From: an uncultured Bacteroidaceae bacterium
GTDB taxonomy: Bacteria; Bacteroidota; Bacteroidia; Bacteroidales; Bacteroidaceae
Reading direction: 5' to 3'
NCBI GenBank assembly: GCA_934271655.1
Contig: CAKQRW010000006.1
Location: 2,604-66,603 of the forward strand
Length of the DNA stretch: 64,000 nt
A model generated the notes under the pieces. It was given only the letters and a program-made list of their open reading frames with translations. It searched no databases and was not told where the DNA came from. Position 1 is the stretch's first letter, and every line of letters begins with the position of its first letter. Shown here piece after piece: positions 18,255-28,911 of this stretch. A program made the position numbers and the translations under genes.

Positions 18255-18411
18255 TACCGTAATGATTGCAAATTCTATGCAAAGTTAGTGCAAATCAAGA
18301 GTTATACAAAATAAAAAAGCCAAATTTAGCTTAAATGCCACAGTATCTCTGGAATTATGCTTCCTAATTGGGAAAATTTTCGTAAGTTTACAATCAAAAT
18401 GACAAACATAC

Positions 18412-21279
18412 ATGAATAAACTTTTTTTACTCGACGCATATGCTTTAATCTATAGAGCATACTATGGATTTATAAAGAACCCTCGCATCAACAGCAAGGG
18501 AGAGAACACCTCTGCCATATTAGGCTTCGTAAACACGCTGGAAGACCTGCTCGGCAGGGAGAACCCTGAATACATAGGCGTGGTCTTCGACCCCAGCGGC
18601 CCTACATTTCGCCATGAGGCATACAAGCCATATAAGGCGCAAAGGGAGGAGACGCCAGAAGCGATACGGTTTGCTGTGCCCATCATCAAGGACATCCTGA
18701 ACGCATACAACATTCCTGTCATAGAGGTGAAAGGCTATGAGGCAGACGATGTCATCGGAACACTTGCCAAGCAAAGCGAGAGCATCGGAGACATAGAGAC
18801 CTACATGATGACACCCGACAAGGACTATGGCCAACTTGTGTCGCCCAGCGTGCGCATATATAAGCCACGCCACGATGGAGGTTTTGACATCATTGGCGAG
18901 AAGGAGGTCATAGAGAAGTATGGCATCAGCTCTACAGACCAGGTGGTCGACCTACTTGGCCTTATGGGCGACTCGGCCGACAACTACCCTGGATGTCCTG
19001 GCGTGGGAGAGAAAACTGCCGTCAAACTCATCAATCAGTTCGGTTCCACCGAAAATATGCTGGAGCATACAGACGAGATAAAGGGAGCATTGAGAAAGAA
19101 AGTGGAGGAGCATGTGGAGGAAATCAAGATGTCGAAGTTTCTAGCTGCCATCAAGACTGACGTGCCAGTCACACTCGACCTCAGTAGCCTGAAGAGAGAA
19201 GAGAAGAATGAAGCCGAACTGAGAAGCATCTTCGAGCGACTGGAGTTCCGTACCGTTCTGCAACGAATATTCGGTTCGGCTCCCGACAGCGTCAAAACAA
19301 AGCAAGCGCCTGCTGGCAAGACCAACAGCCACCTCTTCACAGGCGACCTCTTCGGAGGAGAACCTTCAAAGGACAATCTTGCAAAAAATAAGGGTGATGA
19401 GAATAGCCTTTTCTCGGGAAATTCCACGGGAGACTTATTTTTTGCGAACCTCGAAGACATAAAATCAGTCAATCACTCGTACTATCTTGTTGATAATGCG
19501 GATGAAATAGACAAGCTTATTGCAAAAATACTTACAAATAAGCTTGTAAGCATAGACACAGAGACCACCTCCGTCGATGCAATGGACGCAAAACTCGTTG
19601 GAATGAGCTTCTCCGTGACCGAAAACGAGGCTTACTACGTTCCTGTACCGGCACACGATGACTGGAAAGGCAAAAAGTATGAGGAGGCTCTCTCAATTGT
19701 TAATAAATTTAAAACGATCTATGAGTCGGAAGAAATAGAGAAAGTGGGGCAAAACATCAAGTACGACATGCTCGTGCTCTCCAACTACGGCGTGCACGTG
19801 ACAGGCAAGATGTTCGACACGATGATAGCCCACTATGTCATCGCACCAGAACTGCGTCACAACATGGACTACCTGGCTGAGGTGTATCTCAAATACAAGA
19901 CTATCCACATCAACGAACTCATTGGCTCGGGCAAGAAACAAAAACTGATGAGCGAGCTGACTCCAACAGAAGTGTATGAATATGCAGCAGAAGATGCCGA
20001 CGTGACTCTGCGCCTGAAAAACGTGCTGGAAAAGGAACTTGAGGAAAAAGGACTCACAAAGCTCTTCGAGGAAATAGAGATGCCACTAGTACCAGTGCTG
20101 GCGCACATGGAGGAAAACGGCGTGAGAGTGGACACCCATTCACTTGCCGAGACATCCAAGACATTCACCGACAGGATGCAAAGCATAGAAGCCGAGATAA
20201 GGGAAATAGCTGGGGCCGACCTCAACATCAGCTCTCCAAAACAGATTGGCGAACTGCTCTTCGACAAGCTCCAGCTTGACAGCAAGGCCAAGAAAACCAA
20301 GAAAGGGCAATACGTGACCGACGAGGCTACCCTTCTCGCCCTCAAGTCAAAGCATCCTATCATAGAGAAGATACTCGACTACAGAGGTTACAAGAAACTG
20401 CTGAGCACATACATAGACGCGCTGCCACAATTGGTCAACAAACGCACAGGCCACATACACACATCTTATAATCAGGCCGTCACGTCTACCGGACGTCTCT
20501 CTTCAAGCAATCCGAATCTGCAAAACATACCCGTTAGGGACGAGAACGGCAAAGAGGTAAGAAAAGCCTTCATCCCCGACGACGGAGAGACATTCTTCTC
20601 TGCCGACTACAGCCAGATCGAACTGCGTCTCATGGCACATCTCAGCCAAGACAAGAACATGCTCGAAGACTTCAACTCAGGCCATGACATACACCAGGCC
20701 ACAGCAGCCAAGGTGTTTAAGGTGCCAATGGAAGAGGTCTCACCAAGCATGAGAAGAAAAGCCAAGACAGCCAATTTCGGCATCATATACGGCATCTCAG
20801 CCTTCGGTCTCGCAGAGCGCATGGAAGTGAGCCGCAGCGAGGCCAAACAGCTCATAGATGACTATTTCAGCACCTATCCCATGGTGAAGGAATATATGGA
20901 CAAGAGCATAGAGACAGCAAGAGAGAAAGGCTATACGGAGACACTCTTCGGCCGCCGCTGCCAACTGCCCGACATCAACTCAAGAAATGCCGTGGTGAGA
21001 GGATATGCGGAAAGAAACGCCATCAATGCCCCCATACAGGGCACAGCAGCCGACATCATCAAGATAGCTATGATAAACATAGACAAGAGGATGAGGGCCG
21101 AAGGCATGAAATCGAAGATGATACTGCAAGTGCACGACGAACTCAACTTCTCTGTGGCGCAGGAGGAGAGAGAACAGCTGCAAGCTCTCGTCACCCAAGA
21201 GATGGAAGCTGCCGCCAAGCTCTCTGTGCCGCTCATAGCAGAATGCGGTTGGGGCGACAACTGGCTCATGGCTCATTGA
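18412..21279 (+). CDS. polA: DNA polymerase I
   Basis: 955 aa. 5'-nuclease N-terminus (LFLLDAYALIYRAYY), 3'-5' exonuclease region, and the pol A motifs DYSQIELRLMAH and QVHDEL. Confidence 0.97.
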   Translation: MNKLFLLDAYALIYRAYYGFIKNPRINSKGENTSAILGFVNTLEDLLGRENPEYIGVVFDPSGPTFRHEAYKPYKAQREETPEAIRFAVPIIKDILNAYNIPVIEVKGYEADDVIGTLAKQSESIGDIETYMMTPDKDYGQLVSPSVRIYKPRHDGGFDIIGEKEVIEKYGISSTDQVVDLLGLMGDSADNYPGCPGVGEKTAVKLINQFGSTENMLEHTDEIKGALRKKVEEHVEEIKMSKFLAAIKTDVPVTLDLSSLKREEKNEAELRSIFERLEFRTVLQRIFGSAPDSVKTKQAPAGKTNSHLFTGDLFGGEPSKDNLAKNKGDENSLFSGNSTGDLFFANLEDIKSVNHSYYLVDNADEIDKLIAKILTNKLVSIDTETTSVDAMDAKLVGMSFSVTENEAYYVPVPAHDDWKGKKYEEALSIVNKFKTIYESEEIEKVGQNIKYDMLVLSNYGVHVTGKMFDTMIAHYVIAPELRHNMDYLAEVYLKYKTIHINELIGSGKKQKLMSELTPTEVYEYAAEDADVTLRLKNVLEKELEEKGLTKLFEEIEMPLVPVLAHMEENGVRVDTHSLAETSKTFTDRMQSIEAEIREIAGADLNISSPKQIGELLFDKLQLDSKAKKTKKGQYVTDEATLLALKSKHPIIEKILDYRGYKKLLSTYIDALPQLVNKRTGHIHTSYNQAVTSTGRLSSSNPNLQNIPVRDENGKEVRKAFIPDDGETFFSADYSQIELRLMAHLSQDKNMLEDFNSGHDIHQATAAKVFKVPMEEVSPSMRRKAKTANFGIIYGISAFGLAERMEVSRSEAKQLIDDYFSTYPMVKEYMDKSIETAREKGYTETLFGRRCQLPDINSRNAVVRGYAERNAINAPIQGTAADIIKIAMINIDKRMRAEGMKSKMILQVHDELNFSVAQEEREQLQALVTQEMEAAAKLSVPLIAECGWGDNWLMAH

Positions 21280-21300
21280 CATAAGGTTACATACTTTTTT

Positions 21301-22257
21301 ATGAGATATATCCACACACTCATTCTGACTACATCTTTGATGTGCTCTGTCTTTACACAAGGACAGAGCACATTCAGTATCATGTCATACAACATAGAGA
21401 ACGCCTTCGACACCATACACGACGAAGGCAAGAACGACTACGACTATCTGCCTGGCGGTGAGAAAGGCTGGAGCACTTACAGGCTGTTCAGAAAACTGAA
21501 GAGCGTGGGCAAAGTCATAGCAGCAGCCAACGAGAACAGACCCATAGACCTGATAGGACTGTGCGAGGTGGAGAACGAAAACGTGATGGACGGCCTCACC
21601 AAGCACACACCGTTACGAAACATGGGATACAGATACGTCATGACCTCGTCTGAAGACGAACGCGGCATAGACGTGGCCCTGCTCTACTCGCCATACACCT
21701 TTCACATAAAAAGCCATCATGCTATAAATGTGAGCATTCCAAACAAAAAAACAAGAGACATACTGCATGCCACAGGAACCATCGTTTCGGGCGACACACT
21801 CGATGTATATGTGGTTCACCTGCCATCCAAACTGGGCGGAGCCGAGTCAAAAGCGCTAAGTCTGCGCGCCACTTCAATACTGCGCAGCCATGTTGACTCT
21901 GTCATCCACCAGCGGCAGCATCCCAACATCATCGTGATGGGCGACTTCAACGCAGACGACAACTCCAAACAGATAAAGATGCTGACCAGCGAGGGATGCC
22001 TTGACAACATGACCAGAGGAGCCAGTCCTGGCACTTACTATTTCCAGGGACGATGGTCGTGCATAGACCACATACTTTGCCGCACCACCACCCTCAGTTC
22101 CATCACGTCAAAAGCATTGGCCCTACCCTTTCTGCTTGAGACAGACAACATAAGGCGCAATGTGAAGCCCTTCCGCACATATTTAGGACCTGCCTATCAC
22201 GGAGGCGTGAGCGACCACCTGCCACTGGCTGCCTTTTTCAATATCATCAGGCAATAA
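21301..22257 (+). CDS. endonuclease/exonuclease/phosphatase (EEP) family protein, secreted
   Basis: 318 aa with a signal peptide. EEP motifs (IMSYNIEN, GLCEVEN, IVMGDFN, SDHLPL). Confidence 0.8.
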   Translation: MRYIHTLILTTSLMCSVFTQGQSTFSIMSYNIENAFDTIHDEGKNDYDYLPGGEKGWSTYRLFRKLKSVGKVIAAANENRPIDLIGLCEVENENVMDGLTKHTPLRNMGYRYVMTSSEDERGIDVALLYSPYTFHIKSHHAINVSIPNKKTRDILHATGTIVSGDTLDVYVVHLPSKLGGAESKALSLRATSILRSHVDSVIHQRQHPNIIVMGDFNADDNSKQIKMLTSEGCLDNMTRGASPGTYYFQGRWSCIDHILCRTTTLSSITSKALALPFLLETDNIRRNVKPFRTYLGPAYHGGVSDHLPLAAFFNIIRQ

Positions 22258-22368
22258 GTAACCATCTGCACACCATTCATGTCCACGAAAACAAGTACCA
22301 GAATGCTTTTTCTGATGCTATTACTATAAAAAAACGGCCCATAATTTTACAGTCTATCATTATTTCCT

Positions 22369-22376
22369 TATATTTG
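22369..22376 (+). promoter_or_regulatory. -7 box TATATTTG (lipoprotein gene)
   Basis: Matches TAnnTTTG. Confidence 0.5.
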
Positions 22377-22410
22377 CATCATGACAACAACAAATAAGAA
22401 CATTACCAAA

Positions 22411-23064
22411 ATGAAAAAATCAGCATTACTATTCAACGCCATGCTTATAGCAGGCGCAGCCACAATCGGTTTCACATCATGCGGCGACGACGACAACGAC
22501 TCTCCTAAGACTGACCCCGTGAAGAAAGCTACCACAGCCACCGTGCAAGGAGGCTTCTACGTGACCGCAAGCGAGATGAAATACATGGACATCTATGTCA
22601 TAGATGCCAACGGCGACTCTACCCTGCTCACCACAAGCAACACTACTGTGAACAACAACATGTCATTTGGTAATGTGTACAAAATGAGTTACACCACTTC
22701 TGCTTCAGCTATAGCAAACAATGGCGACGAAGCCAGACTGTACACTTTCAGCGTAGAGACCATCAAGACATTCCCAAAGAAACTGACATATGAGGTGGCA
22801 GCCAAACCTAACGGCAACCAGCCATCCGACAACGAGAATATAGTGATACTCTACGCTCCTGCGCTAAATATCCAGAATGACGCTGAGGGCTTCACCAGTT
22901 TCAACTCACACCTCAGCAGCTCCACACTTGTCATCAATGGCGCAAAATGGACTACATATATAGAAAAGGCAGGCGCAAAGAAAGGCATGAAGATAGAGCT
23001 CAACTTCACATCCGCATCCGACCTGGACAACCAGCTCACAGAAACATTCCTGAACAAAAAATAA
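22411..23064 (+). CDS. hypothetical lipoprotein
   Basis: MKKSALLFNAMLIAGAATIGFTSCGDDDND is a lipobox followed by an acidic linker. A -7 box at 22369..22376 argues for the internal ATG at 22411 rather than 22381. Confidence 0.6.
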   Translation: MKKSALLFNAMLIAGAATIGFTSCGDDDNDSPKTDPVKKATTATVQGGFYVTASEMKYMDIYVIDANGDSTLLTTSNTTVNNNMSFGNVYKMSYTTSASAIANNGDEARLYTFSVETIKTFPKKLTYEVAAKPNGNQPSDNENIVILYAPALNIQNDAEGFTSFNSHLSSSTLVINGAKWTTYIEKAGAKKGMKIELNFTSASDLDNQLTETFLNKK

Positions 23065-23150
23065 CAGGACAACACACACGTGGAATGAAAAGAGAGCCTA
23101 CACCACAAGACAGACTCCCTCCTTACATCCACACACACTATAAGCTAAAA

Positions 23151-23201
23151 AGCGAATAAGCCAAAAGGAGAACTCTCCACATGGCTTATTCGCTTCTTTT
23201 T
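23151..23201. terminator. hairpin plus T-run terminator between the lipoprotein gene and the convergent metallophosphoesterase gene
   Basis: AGCGAATAAGCCA...TGGCTTATTCGCT followed by TCTTTTTA. Confidence 0.7.
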
Positions 23202-23221
23202 ATGACCCATACGGCCTCTTC

Positions 23222-23722
23222 TCAGTGTCTCTCGTCATTCAGTTCGATGACCTCAAGATCCTTAATATCCTTGCCGTCAATATTGAACCTGACAAGCGTG
23301 CGCACAGCATGAAAACCGCTCATGCCAGCCGCTCCAGGATTGATGTGCAGCAAGTCCAGCACAGGGTCATATTTCACCTTGAGCAAATGAGAATGGCCCG
23401 ATATGAACAGCTGCGGAGGATTGGCAACAATATCCTTCCTGACACTTGCGTCATACTTGCCAGGATAACCGCCTATATGCTTCATCATCACATCCACCTC
23501 CTCACACCGCCACCTCAGCACAAGAGGAAACCTGTAGCGGAAATCGCTGCTGTCTATATTGCCATACACAGCCCTAAGCGGAGCTATCTTCTCCAGGCGG
23601 TCGGCCACTTCCATAGTGCCAATGTCGCCCGCATGCCATATCTCATCACACTCCTTGAAGTATTTCACATACCGCTCGTCCCACCATCCGTGAGTGTCTG
23701 AAAGTAAACCTATCCTCTTCAT
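23222..23722 (-). CDS. metallophosphoesterase (YfcE/MJ0936-like phosphodiesterase)
   Basis: 166 aa. Motifs LSDTHG, HAGDIG and GHSH. Confidence 0.85.
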   Translation of the reverse strand: MKRIGLLSDTHGWWDERYVKYFKECDEIWHAGDIGTMEVADRLEKIAPLRAVYGNIDSSDFRYRFPLVLRWRCEEVDVMMKHIGGYPGKYDASVRKDIVANPPQLFISGHSHLLKVKYDPVLDLLHINPGAAGMSGFHAVRTLVRFNIDGKDIKDLEVIELNDERH

Positions 23723-23737
23723 ATACGTCCCTGTTGA

Positions 23738-25201
23738 TCATTCCCTGTTCCACACGTCAGCACACCTTGCATCCTTCACTCCATAAGGGTGCACATACTT
23801 CCTGACGAATCCTTCCTTTGAAACCCACGTGGTGTCGCTGAGATAATAATACTCAGTACATTGGCTATAGGACAGGTATGTGGTAAACGAATACACATCA
23901 GTGTTGTCCACCTGCTCCATAGGCAAAATCTGCCATTCGCCAGCACCGTTGTCTGTGAACGAACCAGCTATATAGCCCTTCCTACCTTCTCCCGCGCCGC
24001 TCATGTCGACCGTGAAAGTGACTCTGCCGTTGTCTTCATTCATGAAATCCATACCTCCATGAAGAAGAACTTCATTGTTGAAGTCAAAGAACGCAGCGTT
24101 CTCCCAGCTTGAGCCCTTGCCCCATCTGGTCTGCTTGTCGGAAGAGACCCACTCAGGCTCCCATGCCAGCACACCATAGCCGAAGTTTTCACGCACCACA
24201 CGCTTCAGCTCCATGAAGAAGTCTTTCTGCAACTGGCTGCAAGCCACATCAGGAGCACCTATAGGCATGGAATTTAGCTTGTTGGAACTGTTATCTTTCC
24301 ATAGCTTAGTCCATATGCAGCCTGTGTCTGCTATAAGCAGACGCACCCCATACTTCTTATACACATCTGTAGCCACGCGGCGCAGCTTGTCAAGAGAATA
24401 GACATACTGCTGTGGATAGTATGACACGCCAAGCACATCAAACTGGCACAGGCCTCCCCTCGCATATTCCTCCATCAGCTTCAGTACGTCAGCATTTTCC
24501 AGCGACATGTTGAGCACCGCCTTCACGTCAAGGTCATACTTGTCATTGAAGTCTCTCACAGCCCTGATGCCTGCGTTTAGCAGCAGCACATTGCGCTCTA
24601 TGTCAAGAGAATGCTTGTCATTGCCATTCAGCACAAGCACATTGTCGTTGGCCTCATTGCCTATCTGCACGGCTACAGGCACCACATCGCTGTCGCGAAG
24701 CACAGAGAGCGTGTTGTATGTATACTGATACACCGAGTCGGCCAACTCTCCAGGCACATTGACGATAGAAGTCCATGCCGCAGGAGCCGTGTTTTTCTCC
24801 GTGACAGTCCACGAATCCGAGTAATACAGATCGAGCAGCAGGCTCATGCCCGCATCTTTCACACGCTTGGCACTCTCCACAAACGTGATTAAGTTTGAAT
24901 ACTCTTCACGCGTGGGACTGTTCCACAGGCGCAGCTTGACCATATTGGCTCCATATGTACTGAATATGCCAAACAGATCTGTCTCTCTACCCCCAAGCGT
25001 GTATTTCACTCCTGCCTTCTCAAGCTCTGCCGTATAGGACAAGTCACCTCCTACATAGAAATCTGACATATACACGCTGTCGGCCATAGGATTGCCCTGA
25101 CGGTCGCCCAGCATCTCCTCTTTAGTCTCGCAGGCATTAAATGTTATGGCGAGCAAAGTTGTGCATAGACAAGCACATATTGCAGTTTTTTTCTTCTTCA
25201 T
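23738..25201 (-). CDS. GH53-like arabinogalactan endo-beta-1,4-galactanase lipoprotein with a C-terminal extra (CBM-like) domain
   Basis: Start chosen at the ATG at 25201 (MKKKKTAICACLCTTLLAITFNACE, a lipobox). GH53-like segments GGDLSYTAELEKAGVKY, VQIGNEAN and LGVSYYPQ. About 120 extra C-terminal residues. Confidence 0.75.
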   Translation of the reverse strand: MKKKKTAICACLCTTLLAITFNACETKEEMLGDRQGNPMADSVYMSDFYVGGDLSYTAELEKAGVKYTLGGRETDLFGIFSTYGANMVKLRLWNSPTREEYSNLITFVESAKRVKDAGMSLLLDLYYSDSWTVTEKNTAPAAWTSIVNVPGELADSVYQYTYNTLSVLRDSDVVPVAVQIGNEANDNVLVLNGNDKHSLDIERNVLLLNAGIRAVRDFNDKYDLDVKAVLNMSLENADVLKLMEEYARGGLCQFDVLGVSYYPQQYVYSLDKLRRVATDVYKKYGVRLLIADTGCIWTKLWKDNSSNKLNSMPIGAPDVACSQLQKDFFMELKRVVRENFGYGVLAWEPEWVSSDKQTRWGKGSSWENAAFFDFNNEVLLHGGMDFMNEDNGRVTFTVDMSGAGEGRKGYIAGSFTDNGAGEWQILPMEQVDNTDVYSFTTYLSYSQCTEYYYLSDTTWVSKEGFVRKYVHPYGVKDARCADVWNRE

Positions 25202-25722
25202 CCCGTATTTAAAGTTAGTCATAAATAAATCAATCAGTTTACAAAGATACAACTTATATTCACACCCTCCAAACTTTACATGACAAATAATAAGCATGCT
25301 GCGCCTTTATCCCCCTACAGAAATGGATTTGACAAATATCAATGACATCAGCAACCCACAATCTGCACCTCGCGGCTCTAGCGCACACACAGCCACAACA
25401 CGCCAAGCAGACCACTCGTCATCATCGGCAGGTATCAGCTCACCTCTCCACCAATCCACCCTCTCGCACATGACAAATTTTCACCTTTCCCATAGCATCC
25501 ATACCTTGAAGGCAGTCCATGCATAACCTGATGATTAACGAAGTTTAAAGAAAGGGGCACAAGTTTAATGGAGATTAAAAATATTGACAATATGGCAGTT
25601 AGGCATAATAATTGTCTTATCATAAGGCAGAACGGCAAAAGAGAAAAGCCCAAGAGGGGCTGGCATCCATAGCCATTCGAATACAAACAAACGAAATAAA
25701 AACAACTTAATAATAGGAGGAT

Positions 25723-26169
25723 ATGATTATGATGCCTACAGTTTATTCTAATCGCAATCAGGGATGGTTCCCAGCTTTATTCAACGACATGCTCAACGAC
25801 AGTTGGTTTCCATCAAAAGCTTTCAGCAACACACCAGCCGTGAACGTTTCTGAAACAGCAACCGAATACAAGATTGAAGTAGCTGCTCCAGGCATGACAA
25901 AGGAAGACTTCAACGTCCATCTCACACACGACAACTGCATCGCCATCAAGATGGAGAAGAAGACCGAATCTGACAACAAGGACGACAAGAAGAACTACTT
26001 GCGCCGCGAGTTTGGCTATAGCCAGTTCGAACAGATGTTGTCTCTGCCAGACAATGCCGACAAGCACGCTATATCAGCTAAGATGACCAACGGTGTGCTG
26101 GTCATCGACATTCCTAAAGTCAAGGAAGAGGAAAAAGCTAAAAAGAACACCAGCATAGAAATCAAATAA
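25723..26169 (+). CDS. Hsp20/alpha-crystallin family small heat-shock protein
   Basis: 148 aa. PAVNVSETATEYKIEVAAPGMTKEDFNV...GVLVIDIPK, a typical ACD pattern. Confidence 0.9.
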   Translation: MIMMPTVYSNRNQGWFPALFNDMLNDSWFPSKAFSNTPAVNVSETATEYKIEVAAPGMTKEDFNVHLTHDNCIAIKMEKKTESDNKDDKKNYLRREFGYSQFEQMLSLPDNADKHAISAKMTNGVLVIDIPKVKEEEKAKKNTSIEIK

Positions 26170-26187
26170 ACTATATGCTTGAACTGA

Positions 26188-26228
26188 GTTTCCCTGAGAG
26201 CCCCGCGCCCTCAGGGAAACTTTTTTTT
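26188..26228 (+). terminator. rho-independent terminator of hsp20
   Basis: GTTTCCCTGAG-N11-CTCAGGGAAAC followed by T8. Confidence 0.85.
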
Positions 26229-26485
26229 GTAATTATGTGCTCATGACAATTCTTATATCTGCGTGCTCTATCTTAAAGCAGAATTTCCTATGTTTGAAGG
26301 AACCATGTGCATCTCACCACCTGCACCCACCACAATCGAGTACCTCTACATATACGCATCGTCCTACTTGTCCCTCACGTTGCCATTTATCTCCACACCA
26401 TTATTTTCACACATCGTTCCACGCCTATTCACAGCCCAACATGCTGATTTTCCCTCATATATTTTCTGTTATCACATATTTTCCT

Positions 26486-26493
26486 TACCTTTG
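26486..26493 (+). promoter_or_regulatory. -7 box TACCTTTG (rfbB)
   Basis: Matches TAnnTTTG, about 50 nt upstream of the ATG at 26544. Confidence 0.5.
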
Positions 26494-26543
26494 TGCCACA
26501 TTTTAAATGTGCAACACATAAAAGAATTAACTCAACAGTCACT

Positions 26544-27686
26544 ATGGGAACAAAAAGAAACATTGTCATCACAGGCGGCGCAGGCTTCATCGGAAGCCAT
26601 GTGGTGCGTCTTTTCGTAAACAAATACCCTGAATATAACATCATCAACCTCGACAAGCTCACCTATGCCGGCAACCTCGCCAACCTCAAGGACATAGAGG
26701 ACAAGCCCAACTACAAGTTTGTCAAGATGGACATATGCGACTTCGACGCCTTCTACAAGCTCATGCAAGACGAGCATATCGACGGCATCATACACCTTGC
26801 AGCCGAGAGCCACGTGGACCGTTCCATCAAGGATCCTTTCACCTTTGCCAGGACAAACGTGATGGGCACACTCTCCCTGCTCCAGGCCGCCAAGCTCTAC
26901 TGGGAAAGCCTGCCAGAGAAATATGAGGGCAAGCGTTTCTACCACATATCCACAGACGAAGTCTACGGAGCCTTGCAGATGACCAACCCTGAGGGCATCA
27001 AGCCTCCATTCACTACCACAGCGTCATCGGGCAAGCACCATCTGGCCTACGGCACAGACTTCTTCTACGAGACAACAAAGTACAACCCTCACTCTCCATA
27101 CAGTGCGTCAAAAGCCAGCTCCGATCATTTTGTACGCGCTTTCCACGACACTTACGGCATGCCAACCATCGTGACCAACTGCTCCAACAATTACGGTCCG
27201 TACCAGTTTCCAGAGAAGCTCATACCTCTATTCATCAACAACATACGCCACCGCAAGCCTCTGCCAGTCTATGGCAAGGGAGAGAACGTGCGCGACTGGC
27301 TCTATGTCGTAGACCATGCGCGCGCCATAGATGTCATCTTCCACAACGGCAAAGTGGCTGAAACCTACAATATAGGCGGCTTCAACGAGTGGAAAAACAT
27401 CGACATCATTAAGGTTGTCATCAACACCGTCGACCGTCTGCTCGGACGCAAGGAGGGTGAAGACATGGATCTCATCACACACGTGACCGACCGCCTCGGA
27501 CACGATGCACGCTATGCCATCGACTCCACAAAGCTCCAAAAGGAACTCGGCTGGGAACCATCGCTGCAGTTTGAGGAGGGAATAGAGAAGACCGTGAAAT
27601 GGTACCTTGAGAACGAGGCTTGGATGGACAACATCACCAGCGGAGAGTATGAGAAATACTATGACGACATGTACAAGAACAGATGA
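26544..27686 (+). CDS. rfbB: dTDP-glucose 4,6-dehydratase
   Basis: MGTKRNIVITGGAGFIGSHVV (Rossmann motif), catalytic YSASKASSDH, and the correct length. The start ATG at 26544 lies downstream of a -7 box at 26486. Confidence 0.92.
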   Translation: MGTKRNIVITGGAGFIGSHVVRLFVNKYPEYNIINLDKLTYAGNLANLKDIEDKPNYKFVKMDICDFDAFYKLMQDEHIDGIIHLAAESHVDRSIKDPFTFARTNVMGTLSLLQAAKLYWESLPEKYEGKRFYHISTDEVYGALQMTNPEGIKPPFTTTASSGKHHLAYGTDFFYETTKYNPHSPYSASKASSDHFVRAFHDTYGMPTIVTNCSNNYGPYQFPEKLIPLFINNIRHRKPLPVYGKGENVRDWLYVVDHARAIDVIFHNGKVAETYNIGGFNEWKNIDIIKVVINTVDRLLGRKEGEDMDLITHVTDRLGHDARYAIDSTKLQKELGWEPSLQFEEGIEKTVKWYLENEAWMDNITSGEYEKYYDDMYKNR

Positions 27687-28175
27687 TGTAAACCATAGAT
27701 GACACAGCCATGGGTGCGAAGACGCACAGCACATGCACGCCTGAAGGCAGCTATCAGCTGTCTTATCTTCCACGGCGCATGTGCTATGCGACTACGCACC
27801 CATCTCATATTTACAGACGTATCGGAGGAGTACATTGACCTTGACCAACAGCAAGTGACGACAATGAGCGAGCGGAAGATAGAAGTGGAAGACAAGAACA
27901 CAGAGGTTGACCCTATGCCAATGGGAACAGGCAAAGGAGGCAAGAAAGAACCATAAATGACTAAATTATTTTTCTATTGTAAAGAAATTCTTTATTAGTG
28001 TCCCCCAAAAACGTACAGCTTGAAATGGTCTTCTCCCTGCCCTTTCTGCAAACTCACTTTATTAGTGTCCACAAAAACGTACAGCTTTAAATAATATTGA
28101 ACACCTGCCGAAACAATATTGAACACCTCCTTATAAAAATACCCATGAGCCCCACTCAATTCGGGATTTTTTAGC

Positions 28176-28183
28176 TATATTTG
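28176..28183 (+). promoter_or_regulatory. -7 box TATATTTG (C_GCAxxG_C_C gene)
   Basis: Matches TAnnTTTG, with a 92-nt A/C-rich leader. Confidence 0.5.
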
Positions 28184-28275
28184 CACTTAAAAGCGCAAGC
28201 CTGAAGTAGCTATCCCATAGCAACGGGACAGGCTAAGCACAACGACAAGAACAAAGCACAACAGCAATACAAAAG

Positions 28276-28767
28276 ATGCAAAGAGTAAATACAGAAGAGC
28301 GAGTGGCAAAAGCCGTGGCACTCTTCAAGCAAGGATACAACTGTTCGCAGTCTGTAGTAGTGGCATTCGCCGACATATACGGCATGGACGCTGACTTTGC
28401 CGCACACGTGTCAGGCTCATTCGGCGGAGGCATAGGCCGCATGAGAGAGACATGCGGAGCGGCCTGCGGCATGTTCATGCTGGCAGGACTGGAGGTGAAA
28501 GGCGACTACCCCGACATAGAGCTGAAGAAACGCAACTATGAGGTGGTGCAGGCACTCGCCGCAGAGTTTCGCGAGGCGACAGGCTCGCTTATCTGCAAGG
28601 AACTGCTCGGACTCAACAAGAAACGCGCCGACGGCACCTTGCCCGAGATACAGATTGTGGCCACACCAGAGGCACGCACAGACGAGTATTACAAGAAGCG
28701 TCCCTGCGTGCGCATGGTCGAGCTTGCCGCGCGCATCTATTGCAACTACCTCAACAAAGAGGCATAA
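28276..28767 (+). CDS. C_GCAxxG_C_C family putative redox-active protein
   Basis: 163 aa. GYNCSQSV...GGGIGRMRETCGAACGMFM, the characteristic family pattern. Confidence 0.8.
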   Translation: MQRVNTEERVAKAVALFKQGYNCSQSVVVAFADIYGMDADFAAHVSGSFGGGIGRMRETCGAACGMFMLAGLEVKGDYPDIELKKRNYEVVQALAAEFREATGSLICKELLGLNKKRADGTLPEIQIVATPEARTDEYYKKRPCVRMVELAARIYCNYLNKEA

Positions 28768-28911
28768 CCTCGGCTCCAAAAAGAGCCTGGCATAGCCAAA
28801 AACCTTATTATATAGAAAAAAAACAACCGTCATTCCGCCTCTCACGCCACATAGTCGAGCAGCGGAATGACTTGCGATTAACAACGGCACAAAAGCAGAC
28901 AAAAGAGAAAG

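Noticed and set aside
27699-27956. 85-aa plus-strand ORF downstream of rfbB
   Set aside because: Its first half is the translated long inverted repeat (Arg/Ala/His-rich). It has no promoter box or recognisable domain. Only the acidic tail MSERKIEVEDK... looks protein-like, which is insufficient support.
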